Below are positions 1 through 7,226 of a stretch of 24,000 nucleotides of DNA, in pieces (the first letter of the stretch is position 1; each line of letters starts with the position of its first letter). The notes beneath the pieces were generated by a model. That model ran no database searches. It saw nothing but the letters and a program-made list of their open reading frames with translations, and had not been told where the DNA came from. The DNA is from Acidobacteriota bacterium (GTDB taxonomy: Bacteria > Acidobacteriota > Vicinamibacteria > Vicinamibacterales > UBA2999), in the NCBI GenBank assembly GCA_032156805.1, contig JALDXQ010000044.1:13546-37545 (forward strand), in the 5' to 3' direction. A program made the translations under genes and the position numbers.

Positions 1-674
1 TCGTCGTGCTGCAACTGAAACGTGAAGACACCGGGCGCCGCCAGGTCCTCTACCGAGTCCAGGCCGCGATCGCGCTCGACCTGATAGCTGAAGTTCCGGT
101 ACCAATCCGGTTGATGGCGATAGCTGCCGTTGGAGTGCGCGTGAATTGCAGGCACGCCGTCGTACGGATGCCAGGCGAGGCCGGCGGGCGTCGTGATCGG
201 TTCGAACTGGAACGCACCGTTCTCACGATGCAGTGAGTGGTAGTCGCGACCGGAGAACAACGGCCGCACCGACAGAACACCGCCCGGTCCGCTCAGCAGT
301 CGCCAGGTCAGTGCCACGACAGGAAGCCCGTGGCGCGCGACGATGGTGTGCTCGATCGTCGTGCCGTCCTCGAGCGCGAAGATCCAGCGCGGCCAGGGAT
401 CGTAGGTGAACTCGCGTATGCGTGACGCTCCATCGGGATGCGTCACGCCCGGCTCGTAACGCTGTGATGAGAGCGCGTACGCACCGCTCCCGTTGTCGAG
501 CCAGGCATCCAGGCCGTTGACCAGCACCATGCGTCCGGTTGGCGGCGTGGCCGCTGTCAGGAGCAGCGCGTGATACCGCCGCGTGCGGATGCCAGTTGCC
601 GTGCCCGATGCGAATCCGCCCAGGCCGTCGGGCTCGAGCCATTCATCTCGATCGCTGTATGTCTGCATGGTCAT
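1..674 (-). CDS. Glycogen debranching enzyme / amylo-alpha-1,6-glucosidase family protein, N-terminal part (gene continues beyond window start)
   Basis: Absent from the ORF track because no stop codon lies in the window. Hand translation of the minus strand from the ATG at 674-672 gives MTMQTYSDRDEWLEPDGLGGFASGTATGIRTRRYHALLLTAATPPTGRMVLVNGLDAWLDNGSG...SVRPLFSGRDYHSLHRENGAF..., open to position 1. The EWLE-DGLGGFASGT-GIRTRRYHALLL block is the characteristic start of the bacterial/archaeal-type GDE_N domain. Track ORFs 6..236(+), 50..280(-) and 223..642(-) are shadow frames of this gene. Confidence 0.8.
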   Translation of the reverse strand, partial: MTMQTYSDRDEWLEPDGLGGFASGTATGIRTRRYHALLLTAATPPTGRMVLVNGLDAWLDNGSGAYALSSQRYEPGVTHPDGASRIREFTYDPWPRWIFALEDGTTIEHTIVARHGLPVVALTWRLLSGPGGVLSVRPLFSGRDYHSLHRENGAFQFEPITTPAGLAWHPYDGVPAIHAHSNGSYRHQPDWYRNFSYQVERDRGLDSVEDLAAPGVFTFQLQHD

Positions 675-841
675 GACTCTTTCGTCTGAAACCTCTGATC
701 TCTGGAATCTGCTCGCCGTTAGATGTCGCGGAGTGCCCAACGGTTTCGCTGCATGCAGGCTGAAACCTTTGCCTTGACCTGTCATCGAAGCAAGCAGGTG
801 AAAGGCCGCCGATATAGCGGCCATACGAGGAGGACAGGGCA

Positions 842-1267
842 ATGCGAGAGGGCTATCGAAAACGTCTGTTGGCACGCGCGTTCGGCGTCGTCGCCATGAC
901 CATGATTGCGGCGTTGGTCGCTACCGCCAACCCGTCGGCGCAGGGACGGACCAGCACGCCGTTTGCGGGCGTGAAGGCGAACACGGGACGCGTGACGTTG
1001 TCGGGAAGCACCGGCGCGCTGGTGCTGACGTTGTCCGAGGACTTCAAGGCGCCCGACGCGCCCGATCCGCACTGGCAGGTTGTGGACTCGAAGGGGCGGA
1101 TCTATCTCCTGCAGAAGCTGACGGTGAAGGGCACCCTCGGGGACAAGATGAATCGGTCGATCACGCTCCCCGCCTACATCGCTGACATCGCGAAGGTGCA
1201 GTTCTGGTGCGCCTACGCCGAGGTTCTCCTCGGCGAAGCGTCGTTCGGATCCTCTTCGACGGAGTAA
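842..1267 (+). CDS. Secreted DM13-like domain protein (putative electron-transfer domain)
   Basis: The ATG at 842 is preceded by GAGGAGGA (827-834). There is an N-terminal signal-like hydrophobic segment (VVAMTMIAALVATANPSAQG). The body pattern GRVTLSG...LVLTLSEDFKAPDAPDPHWQVV...KVQFWCAYAEVLLGEASF matches the DM13 consensus as I remember it (F-x4-gPD ... iWC-x2-f-x-v-x-fG-x-A). Recognised by eye only. Confidence 0.6.
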   Translation: MREGYRKRLLARAFGVVAMTMIAALVATANPSAQGRTSTPFAGVKANTGRVTLSGSTGALVLTLSEDFKAPDAPDPHWQVVDSKGRIYLLQKLTVKGTLGDKMNRSITLPAYIADIAKVQFWCAYAEVLLGEASFGSSSTE

Positions 1268-1356
1268 CTGGACTCCGGGTACAGGCGACGGCGTCCGTGG
1301 TCAGCACAACCGCGTCCCGTCGCCCGTCTCCCGAACAGCCCGAATGAGCCCACGCC

Positions 1357-3060
1357 ATGCACGCCGCATCATCGCTTCTGGCTCGGACCTTCGCGCTGAC
1401 ACCGCTCGGGCGCGCCTACGGGCGGGCGTCGTGCGGCGACGGTTCATCGGACTTCAGCACGCGCGCGCTCGCTGCGCTCGACGTGACGATTGATGTCGCT
1501 GCAGAGGAGTTGCGGCACATCCCGGCGTCGGGCCCGTTGGTGGTCGTTGCCAATCACCCCTGTGGGGCCATAGACGGTCTGCTGCTGATCTCGCTGCTGA
1601 AGCATGTTCGCAGCGACCTCAAGTTCCTCGGCACCAGCCTGTTGCGCTTCGTTCCGGGCCTACAGCCGAATCTTCTTCCGCTTGACGTGTTCGGGAGCCC
1701 GGGTTCGGTTCATCGCAATGCATCTGCCCTTCGTCAGGCGATGCGGTGGCTCACCTCCGGTGGAGCACTGCTCGTGTTTCCTGCCGGCGAGGTTGCGCAC
1801 CAGCAGGGGAGCGGCGGGAACGCGCTCGATTCCACCTGGCAGACCACCGCCGCAGAACTGGCGGTTCGCACAAATGCCGCCGTCCTTCCGATGTTCATTC
1901 ACGGCAGCAACAGCCGGTTGTTTCGAAACGCCGGGCGGATTCATCCGCTGCTTCGCACGGCGATGCTGCCGCGCGAGCTGTGGAGAATCCGCAGTCGGAC
2001 GATTCCCGTCCGCTGTGGCCGGTGCGTGCTCCCGAACGAGCTCGCCGCCATTCGCCACGCGGATGCACGAACCGCCATCCTGCGCGCACGCGTGGAGCGC
2101 CTCGCCTCGCTGCCTGCACGACATGTGCAGGCTGACGATGCGATTGCCCCGGTTGCCGCGCGCGGAGAGGATGGCGGCCTGGCCGGCAACATCGAGGGGC
2201 TGTCGTCCAGGCTCGTCCTCGAGAGTGGGTCCTACCAGGTGTTTTGCGCCCCAGCCGCCGATTTACCCGAGGTATTGCCAGAGATAGGTCGTCTTCGAGA
2301 GCTGGCATTCAGGCATGCCGGCGAGGGCACGGGGTTAGCTCGCGACCTCGATCGATTCGACGAGACCTACGACCATCTGTTCGTCTGGGATCGCACGAAG
2401 CAGGAAATCGCTGGTGCATACCGCATCGGCGCGACCGATGTCGTGGCCGCTGGCGGCAACGTCCATGGGATGTACACGCGCACGCTGTTCGACTACGATG
2501 CGCGGCTGCTCAATGAAATCGGCCCCGCACTCGAGCTCGGACGTGCCTTCGTGCAGCCGGCCTACCAGCGCGACTACAGTCCGCTGCTGCTGCTCTGGAA
2601 AGGCATCTCACGTGTCGTGGCTCGGTCCGGCCGCTACCGGAGGCTCTTCGGGGTCGTGAGCGTGAGCGATCGCTATGACTCCACGTCACGGCAGCTTCTG
2701 GTGAAGTTCCTCCAGGCCACGCGGTTCGATGCCGGTCTTGGCACCTTGGTGCGCGCGAAGAACCCGCCGCCTCCGCCGCGTGATCGCTTCGTGCAGAGCG
2801 CGACTGTCACGAGCCTCGATCAGGTCTCGGCACTGATCAAGGGTATCGAGCCGGACGGTAAGGACATACCGATCCTGCTCCGGCAGTACCTGAAGCTGAA
2901 CGCGAGATTGTTGGGGTTTACCGTCGACGAGAACTTCGGGAACGTGCTCGATGGGCTGGTGCTCGTGGATCTCGCTGACGTTGAGCCGGCGATCCTCTCC
3001 CGCTATATGGGCCGCACCGAGACCGCCGCGTTCGTGCAAGGCCTGCGTCGCGCGAGCTGA
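1357..3060 (+). CDS. Bifunctional PlsC-type O-acyltransferase / GNAT (OlsB-like) N-acyltransferase, OlsF-like amino-acid-lipid synthase candidate
   Basis: 567-aa ORF. The N-terminal half has lysophospholipid-acyltransferase blocks (PLVVVANHPCGAIDGLLL; LLVFPAGEV). The C-terminal half has the Acetyltransf_5/OlsB-hemolysin-like block (LRELAFRHAGEGTGLARDLDRFDETYDHLFVWDRTKQEIAGAYRIG ... LELGRAFV). The domain order is the same as in OlsF. Confidence 0.7.
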   Translation: MHAASSLLARTFALTPLGRAYGRASCGDGSSDFSTRALAALDVTIDVAAEELRHIPASGPLVVVANHPCGAIDGLLLISLLKHVRSDLKFLGTSLLRFVPGLQPNLLPLDVFGSPGSVHRNASALRQAMRWLTSGGALLVFPAGEVAHQQGSGGNALDSTWQTTAAELAVRTNAAVLPMFIHGSNSRLFRNAGRIHPLLRTAMLPRELWRIRSRTIPVRCGRCVLPNELAAIRHADARTAILRARVERLASLPARHVQADDAIAPVAARGEDGGLAGNIEGLSSRLVLESGSYQVFCAPAADLPEVLPEIGRLRELAFRHAGEGTGLARDLDRFDETYDHLFVWDRTKQEIAGAYRIGATDVVAAGGNVHGMYTRTLFDYDARLLNEIGPALELGRAFVQPAYQRDYSPLLLLWKGISRVVARSGRYRRLFGVVSVSDRYDSTSRQLLVKFLQATRFDAGLGTLVRAKNPPPPPRDRFVQSATVTSLDQVSALIKGIEPDGKDIPILLRQYLKLNARLLGFTVDENFGNVLDGLVLVDLADVEPAILSRYMGRTETAAFVQGLRRAS

Positions 3061-3061
3061 T

Positions 3062-3703
3062 CTACGACGCCGCCTCGCGCCGGAGCTCGCGGTCGAGCAG
3101 CGTCCGCAGCGCCTGGCGTGCACGATGCAGCCGCACCTTGACCACCGTCGTCGTGGTTCCAAGCGCGGTCGCCGTCTCCAGCGTATCTCGTTCTTCGATA
3201 TCTCTCAGCATCAGCACCACCCGATACTGATCGGGAAGTTGCCCAATCGCCTGCCGTACCATCGCCGCAGTTTCCTTGCGCTCGAGCATCGCGTCGCTCC
3301 ACTCGTGCGACTCGGTCGTCTGATGACCGTCCGCCTGAAACGTCGGCAGCAGATCGTCGATCGATTCCTCCGGCCGGCGCCGTTGCGATCGAATCTTCAT
3401 CAACGCTGTATTGACGACGATGCGATGCAGCCAGGTGTGGAGCTGTGCCCGCTCCTCGAATGTCCCGATCGCCTTGAAGGCCTTGATGAACGCCTCCTGG
3501 ACGGCGTCCTGCGCGTCCTCGTTGTTCGACAGGAAGCGGCGAGCCACCGAGAGCAGCCGGCCGCCGTGAACGCGCACGAGTGCTTCGTAGGCATCCGCGT
3601 CGCCCGCCTGCAGACGCGCGACGAGCAGCGCGTTGTCATCGATCCTGGCGGTTGCAGCACGCATCGGGTGCGTGCCGGTAACTGTCGTCGCAAGAGCGGT
3701 CAT
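3062..3703 (-). CDS. ECF-type RNA polymerase sigma-70 family factor
   Basis: Region 2 (YEALVRVHGGRLLSVARRFLSNNEDAQDAVQEAFIKAFKAI ... HTWLHRIVVNTALMKIR) and region 4 (LPDQYRVVLMLRDIEERDTLETATALGTTTTVVKVRLHRARQAL) are both present. The track starts at a GTG at 3721, overlapping the STAS stop as GTGA. I prefer the ATG at 3703 because GAGG (3715-3712) lies 8 nt upstream of it. No C-terminal extension is present. Confidence 0.85.
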   Translation of the reverse strand: MTALATTVTGTHPMRAATARIDDNALLVARLQAGDADAYEALVRVHGGRLLSVARRFLSNNEDAQDAVQEAFIKAFKAIGTFEERAQLHTWLHRIVVNTALMKIRSQRRRPEESIDDLLPTFQADGHQTTESHEWSDAMLERKETAAMVRQAIGQLPDQYRVVLMLRDIEERDTLETATALGTTTTVVKVRLHRARQALRTLLDRELRREAAS

Positions 3704-3717
3704 CGTCTGTCCCTCGT

Positions 3718-3966
3718 TCACATCAACTGTGCGGTGACGAACGCGGAGCAGCGCAGAGAGATACGTGCCTCTTGCGCGAGCGAACGCAGGTACGCGAGGC
3801 CGTCGCGGTCAACGAAGGACACGTCGGTGAGATCGACCACGACTGTTCCCTCATCGCGAGAGGCGACGGAGCGCTGAAGCTCCGCGACCCACGGGCCCGA
3901 AAGCTTTCCCGTCGCCCGAATGGTCGTGCCCTGGCTCGCGTTGACCTCAGCCTCGATCCGCAACAT
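3718..3966 (-). CDS. Minimal STAS-domain protein (anti-sigma-factor-antagonist fold)
   Basis: The 82-83 aa sequence MLRIEAEVNASQGTTIRATGKLSGPWVAELQRSV...GTVVVDLTDVSFVDRDGLAYLRSL fits the SpoIIAA/RsbV beta-alpha pattern. The canonical D-S-S-G-L phosphorylation loop reads D-R-D-G-L here. The track start is the GTG at 3969, but the ATG at 3966 has GGAG (3976-3973) 6 nt upstream. The stop lies 14 nt before, or overlaps, the ECF sigma start. Confidence 0.7.
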   Translation of the reverse strand: MLRIEAEVNASQGTTIRATGKLSGPWVAELQRSVASRDEGTVVVDLTDVSFVDRDGLAYLRSLAQEARISLRCSAFVTAQLM

Positions 3967-3989
3967 CACTTGCTCCGCCGGGGTCCCAG

Positions 3990-4005
3990 TTCAACCGTGG
4001 TACCA
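3990..4005 (-). promoter_or_regulatory. Candidate (weak) sigma-54 -24/-12 promoter upstream of the STAS-ECF operon
   Basis: The minus strand reads TGGTACCACGGTTGAA against the consensus TGGCACG-N4-TTGCW. GG, AC and TTG are in the correct register, but the -24 box has C->T and the conserved C of the -12 GC is an A. It is the only such element I found inside an intergenic region, about 23 nt upstream of the STAS ATG and directly downstream of a sigma-54 activator gene. Confidence 0.3.
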
Positions 4006-4111
4006 GCCGCACGAGCGCTGACGCAGTGACGGCATCAAAGAGAGAAGTCTTGTCTCCTCAGTTGTTTGCCGATGTTTTGTTGTGGACGGGTTCGATGACG
4101 AACAGCAGGGG

Positions 4112-4162
4112 CTACGATATTTCGTGGGGTCTTGAGATGTCTGGGCTACGAAATGTCGTAGC
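4112..4162. promoter_or_regulatory. Pair of related dyad repeats (CTACGA-N4-TCGTRG), candidate enhancer-binding-protein UAS or mRNA 3' stem-loops
   Basis: 4145-4162 is GCTACGA-AATG-TCGTAGC, with perfect 7-bp arms. 4112-4127 is CTACGA-TATT-TCGTGG, with one arm mismatch. Their centres are 34 nt apart. They overlap the stop codon and last ~17 codons of the activator gene, and sit ~115 and ~150 nt upstream (minus-strand sense) of the candidate -24 element. Confidence 0.3.
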
Positions 4163-6247
4163 GCGTCGCTCGATGCCGAGCTTCTTCATCCGGCTTCGGA
4201 GCGTGTTGGGATGCATGTTCAGCAGCCGGGCCGCGCCATTCGGGCCTTCGACGACCCAGCCGGTCTTCAGCAGTGTCGCGGCGATGTACGACCGCTCGAC
4301 CTCTTCGAGTGTTCCAGACGCGGCGACGGGCATGGCCGATGGCAGGACCGCGTCGCCGGCGAGGGCTGTCCCCGGCACCGACGGCAGCTGATCGGGACCG
4401 ATGTCGAGCACGCCGCCGCGTGACAGGACGAGGGCACGCTCGACGACGTTCTCGAGCTCACGGACGTTGCCTGGCCAGGGATACGCCATGAGCCGTTCGA
4501 GGCTCTCACGCGAGACGCCTTCGACAGTCCGGCCGATGCGCTTGGCGTGACGCTGGATGAAGAACATGACCAGTTGCGGGATATCGGCGCGCCGCTCGCG
4601 CAGTGGCGGAACACGAACGGGAAGCACGTTGAGGCGATAGAACAGATCCGCGCGGAATCGGCCCGCGGCCACTTCCTGCTCCAGCACCCGATTGGTTGCG
4701 GTGATGACGCGCACGTCGACCTTCACGGTGCGGCTGCTCCCGACCGGTTCGAACTCCTGCTCCTGGAGTACGCGTAGCAGCTTCACCTGCATGTCGAGGG
4801 GCAGCTCGCCCACTTCGTCCAGGAAGATGGTCCCGCGATCGGCCAGCTCGAAGCGCCCGATACGGCGTTCGAGCGCGCCGGTAAATGCCCCCTTCACGTG
4901 ACCGAACAGCTCGCTCTCGATCAAACCCGCCGAGATCGCACCGCAGTTCACTTTGACGAGCGGATGGGGGCGGCGCGAGCTGCGGTTGTGGACCGCGCGC
5001 GCGACCAGCTCCTTGCCAGTCCCGGTCTCACCGAGGATCAGGACCGTCGTGTCGGTCGGGGCGACACGGTCGACCGTGTGCAACACGCTCGAGAGCTGCG
5101 GGCTGTTGCCGACGATCTCCTCGAAGTTATGCTCGCCGAGGATCTCCTCGCGCAGGTATACATTCTCGCGTTCGAGTCGTGACTTGAGGCGGCCGATCTC
5201 CTCGTACTCGCGCATGTTCTCGATGGCGAGCGCCACCTGGTTCGCTACTTCCTGCAGGAGGTCGGCCTCGGGCTGACCGTACTGCATCGGGCGTTCGCTG
5301 CCCAGGTTCAACGTCCCGATGCTCTTGCCGCGGACGATGAGCGGCACGACGACAAGGGATCGGAATCCCTCCCGAAACAAGACCTCTTCGCCGGGATACG
5401 TTCGCGTCTTCGCCAGGTCGGAGTTGAAGAATGGGCGCTGGTTTACGAACGCGACGCCGGCATGGCTTTGATTGAGCGTCAGCTCGAAGCCGGGAACGAA
5501 GTGGTCCGAGGGGACGGCGCTCTCGGCGACGACCATGCGCAGCACGTTCTTCTGATCGTCGAAGAGGAAGATCGTCATCCGGTCGAACGGTATAACCGGC
5601 CGCAGCGCGGTGGTGATGGCGTGAAACAACGCATCCTGCGTGAGGTTGAGGACAACCGCGTTGTTGATGGCGAGCAGAGACCTGGCACGATCGGCAGCGA
5701 TGGCGAGCCGGCGGTTGAGCGAGGCGATCTCTTCGCTCGCGCGCAGACGTTCCAGCTCCATGCCGGCGCGCGAGGCAAAGGTCCGCAGCAGGAGCGACCT
5801 GAAGGCATCGACCTGCATGGGTTGTACGTCCAGGATGGCGAGGTGGCCGAGGATGTCACCTGACGTGCCGACCAGCGGCACGCCCAGGTAGCTCTCGGCG
5901 CCGAGCGCGACGAGTTCGTGATCCTGAGGAAACTCCGCCTGGATGTGAGCGGGATGAAAGCTCGTGTCTCCGGCAACGGCGATCGCACACGGGGTGCCCG
6001 CCAGGTCGTACTCGACATTGTCCGCGAGCCGATCGCGACGCCAGAACGCCAGCGTCCTGACGCGGGTCTTGTCGCGGTCGGTGCACTCGGCCACGAATGC
6101 GTACGGAACCTTCAACGCCGTGGCGAGATTGCGAACGAGTGCGGGGAAGAACTCGGCGCCTGTGGCCAGCGCGGTGCCATCGAGCACGGCCCAGATCGCA
6201 TCATTGGCGTTCGCGTTCACGCGATTGTCACTCTCTGGAGTGGCCAC
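4112..6247 (-). CDS. Sigma-54-dependent transcriptional activator, GAF-GAF-AAA+-HTH(Fis) architecture (FhlA-like layout)
   Basis: 711-aa ORF with a GTG start. It has two N-terminal GAF-like regions and a central sigma-54 interaction domain (ILGETGTGKELVARAVH Walker A; ESELFGHVKGAFTGA with the GAFTGA loop; IFLDEVGEL Walker B; RVITATNR). A C-terminal Fis-type HTH is present (GPNGAARLLNMHPNTLRSRMKKLGI). Confidence 0.9.
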   Translation of the reverse strand: MATPESDNRVNANANDAIWAVLDGTALATGAEFFPALVRNLATALKVPYAFVAECTDRDKTRVRTLAFWRRDRLADNVEYDLAGTPCAIAVAGDTSFHPAHIQAEFPQDHELVALGAESYLGVPLVGTSGDILGHLAILDVQPMQVDAFRSLLLRTFASRAGMELERLRASEEIASLNRRLAIAADRARSLLAINNAVVLNLTQDALFHAITTALRPVIPFDRMTIFLFDDQKNVLRMVVAESAVPSDHFVPGFELTLNQSHAGVAFVNQRPFFNSDLAKTRTYPGEEVLFREGFRSLVVVPLIVRGKSIGTLNLGSERPMQYGQPEADLLQEVANQVALAIENMREYEEIGRLKSRLERENVYLREEILGEHNFEEIVGNSPQLSSVLHTVDRVAPTDTTVLILGETGTGKELVARAVHNRSSRRPHPLVKVNCGAISAGLIESELFGHVKGAFTGALERRIGRFELADRGTIFLDEVGELPLDMQVKLLRVLQEQEFEPVGSSRTVKVDVRVITATNRVLEQEVAAGRFRADLFYRLNVLPVRVPPLRERRADIPQLVMFFIQRHAKRIGRTVEGVSRESLERLMAYPWPGNVRELENVVERALVLSRGGVLDIGPDQLPSVPGTALAGDAVLPSAMPVAASGTLEEVERSYIAATLLKTGWVVEGPNGAARLLNMHPNTLRSRMKKLGIERRATTFRSPDISRPHEIS

Positions 6248-6358
6248 GTCGGGATCTTACCCGGTGTCTCGCCGCCTCGCCCCCCTGTAACCACTCCCGC
6301 CGCTGTCGCATCCGAGCAGCGGGGGCCCGTGATGCTCCCGGAAAGGTTCTGAATTGTC

Positions 6359-7216
6359 ATGAGAACAGGAAGTCTTGTCGCGCTGCTGTGTGCGCTGGCG
6401 GCGCCCGCAACGCTCCATGGGGAGCTCCCCAGGAAGAACGTGCTCACGCTCGACGTCGCGCGGGCGGTGGCTGCGGCCGCCGAGGCCGAGGCCGTCAAGC
6501 GCAACGCGACGGTGGTGATCGCCGTCGTGGACGACGGTGGCCATGTCGTGTACCTGGAGCGATTGAACGACACACAGGTGGCCAGCGTCGACGTCGGGAT
6601 TGGCAAGGCCCGCACGGCCGCGATCTTTCGTCGCCCCAGCAAGGTCTTCGAGGATCAGATTCGCGACGGCCGTGTTGCCGCGCTCGCATTGCCGGGGGCC
6701 ACGCCACTCCAGGGCGGCGTGCCGCTCGTCGTCGATGGCCAGGTGATTGGCGCGATCGGGGTGAGCGGGAACACGCCACAGGAAGACGAGGACATCGCGT
6801 TGGCGGGCGCGGCCGCTCTGTCGAAAGCGATCGCGCGAGTGCCGCCACCGGTCTCCTATTGGAAGAGCGAAGACGTGGCCGCCGCGTTCGCGAAGGGCAG
6901 CGTGCTCTTCGGGGACGAAGGCGGACGTAACTACATGGTGCACGCCAGCCATCGCGAGGGGTCCGGGATGGCCGAAGTGCACGAGCTCGATGCGGACATC
7001 ATCTACGTCCTCGACGGATCGGCAATGTTCGTCACAGGAGGCACGGTGGTGGATGGCAAGGTGACGGCGGCGAATGAGATTCGCGGGTCGGCGATCACCG
7101 GTGGCGAGACGCGCCGGATCACGAAGGGCGACGTGCTGATCGTGCCGAACGGGACACCGCACTGGTTCCAGGAGGTCTCCGGTCCGCTCAACTACTACGT
7201 CGTCAAGGTTCGTTGA
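6359..7216 (+). CDS. Secreted GlcG/HbpS-like (DUF336) domain fused to a cupin domain
   Basis: Signal peptide MRTGSLVALLCALAAPATLHG. DUF336 blocks are present (TVVIAVVDDGGHVVYLERLNDTQVASVDVGIGKARTAAIF; GGVPLVVDGQVIGAIGVSGNTPQEDEDIA). The C-terminal cupin-like barrel reads HELDADIIYVLDGSAMFVTGG...ITKGDVLIVPNGTPHWF. Confidence 0.75.
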   Translation: MRTGSLVALLCALAAPATLHGELPRKNVLTLDVARAVAAAAEAEAVKRNATVVIAVVDDGGHVVYLERLNDTQVASVDVGIGKARTAAIFRRPSKVFEDQIRDGRVAALALPGATPLQGGVPLVVDGQVIGAIGVSGNTPQEDEDIALAGAAALSKAIARVPPPVSYWKSEDVAAAFAKGSVLFGDEGGRNYMVHASHREGSGMAEVHELDADIIYVLDGSAMFVTGGTVVDGKVTAANEIRGSAITGGETRRITKGDVLIVPNGTPHWFQEVSGPLNYYVVKVR

Positions 7217-7226
7217 GGAGGCCGCC

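Noticed and set aside
687-790. TGAAAC boxes (687-692, 761-766) as ECF-sigma -35 elements, suggesting that the nearby ECF sigma controls DM13 or GDE.
   Set aside because: No CGT/GTC-type -10 element lies at the usual 16-17 nt spacing. The nearest GTC is 14 nt away and the nearest CGA is 19 nt away. The hexamer alone is too short to be meaningful.
1284-1324. GGCGACGG ... CCGTCGCC stem after the DM13 gene, considered as an intrinsic terminator or riboswitch element.
   Set aside because: It is an 8-bp stem with a 25-nt loop and no U-tract, and I recognise no conserved riboswitch core. At most it is a weak transcript-end structure.
3051-3091. Inverted repeat CGCGAGCT ... AGCTCGCG between the convergent acyltransferase and ECF sigma genes, considered as a bidirectional terminator.
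   Set aside because: The loop is 25 nt and there is no U/A tract on either side. Both arms lie inside coding sequence. It is mentioned only as context in the convergent-overlap finding.
2951-3877. 308-aa plus-strand ORF crossing the ECF sigma and STAS genes.
   Set aside because: It is antisense to two genes with clear sigma-70 region 2/4 and STAS patterns, and it crosses their junction. Its composition is Arg-rich and low-complexity.
3985-3996. GGTTGAAC upstream of the STAS gene read as an ECF-type autoregulatory -35 (GAAC).
   Set aside because: It lies only ~25 nt from the start codon, which would force a leaderless transcript, and there is no CGT-type -10. The same bases fit, weakly, the -12 part of a sigma-54 element, which I report with low confidence instead.
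6097-6930. 277-aa plus-strand ORF with RRGRGR-type repeats.
   Set aside because: It is an alternate frame of the GlcG-cupin gene and the upstream spacer. The extreme Arg/Gly bias is typical of an out-of-frame GC-rich reading.
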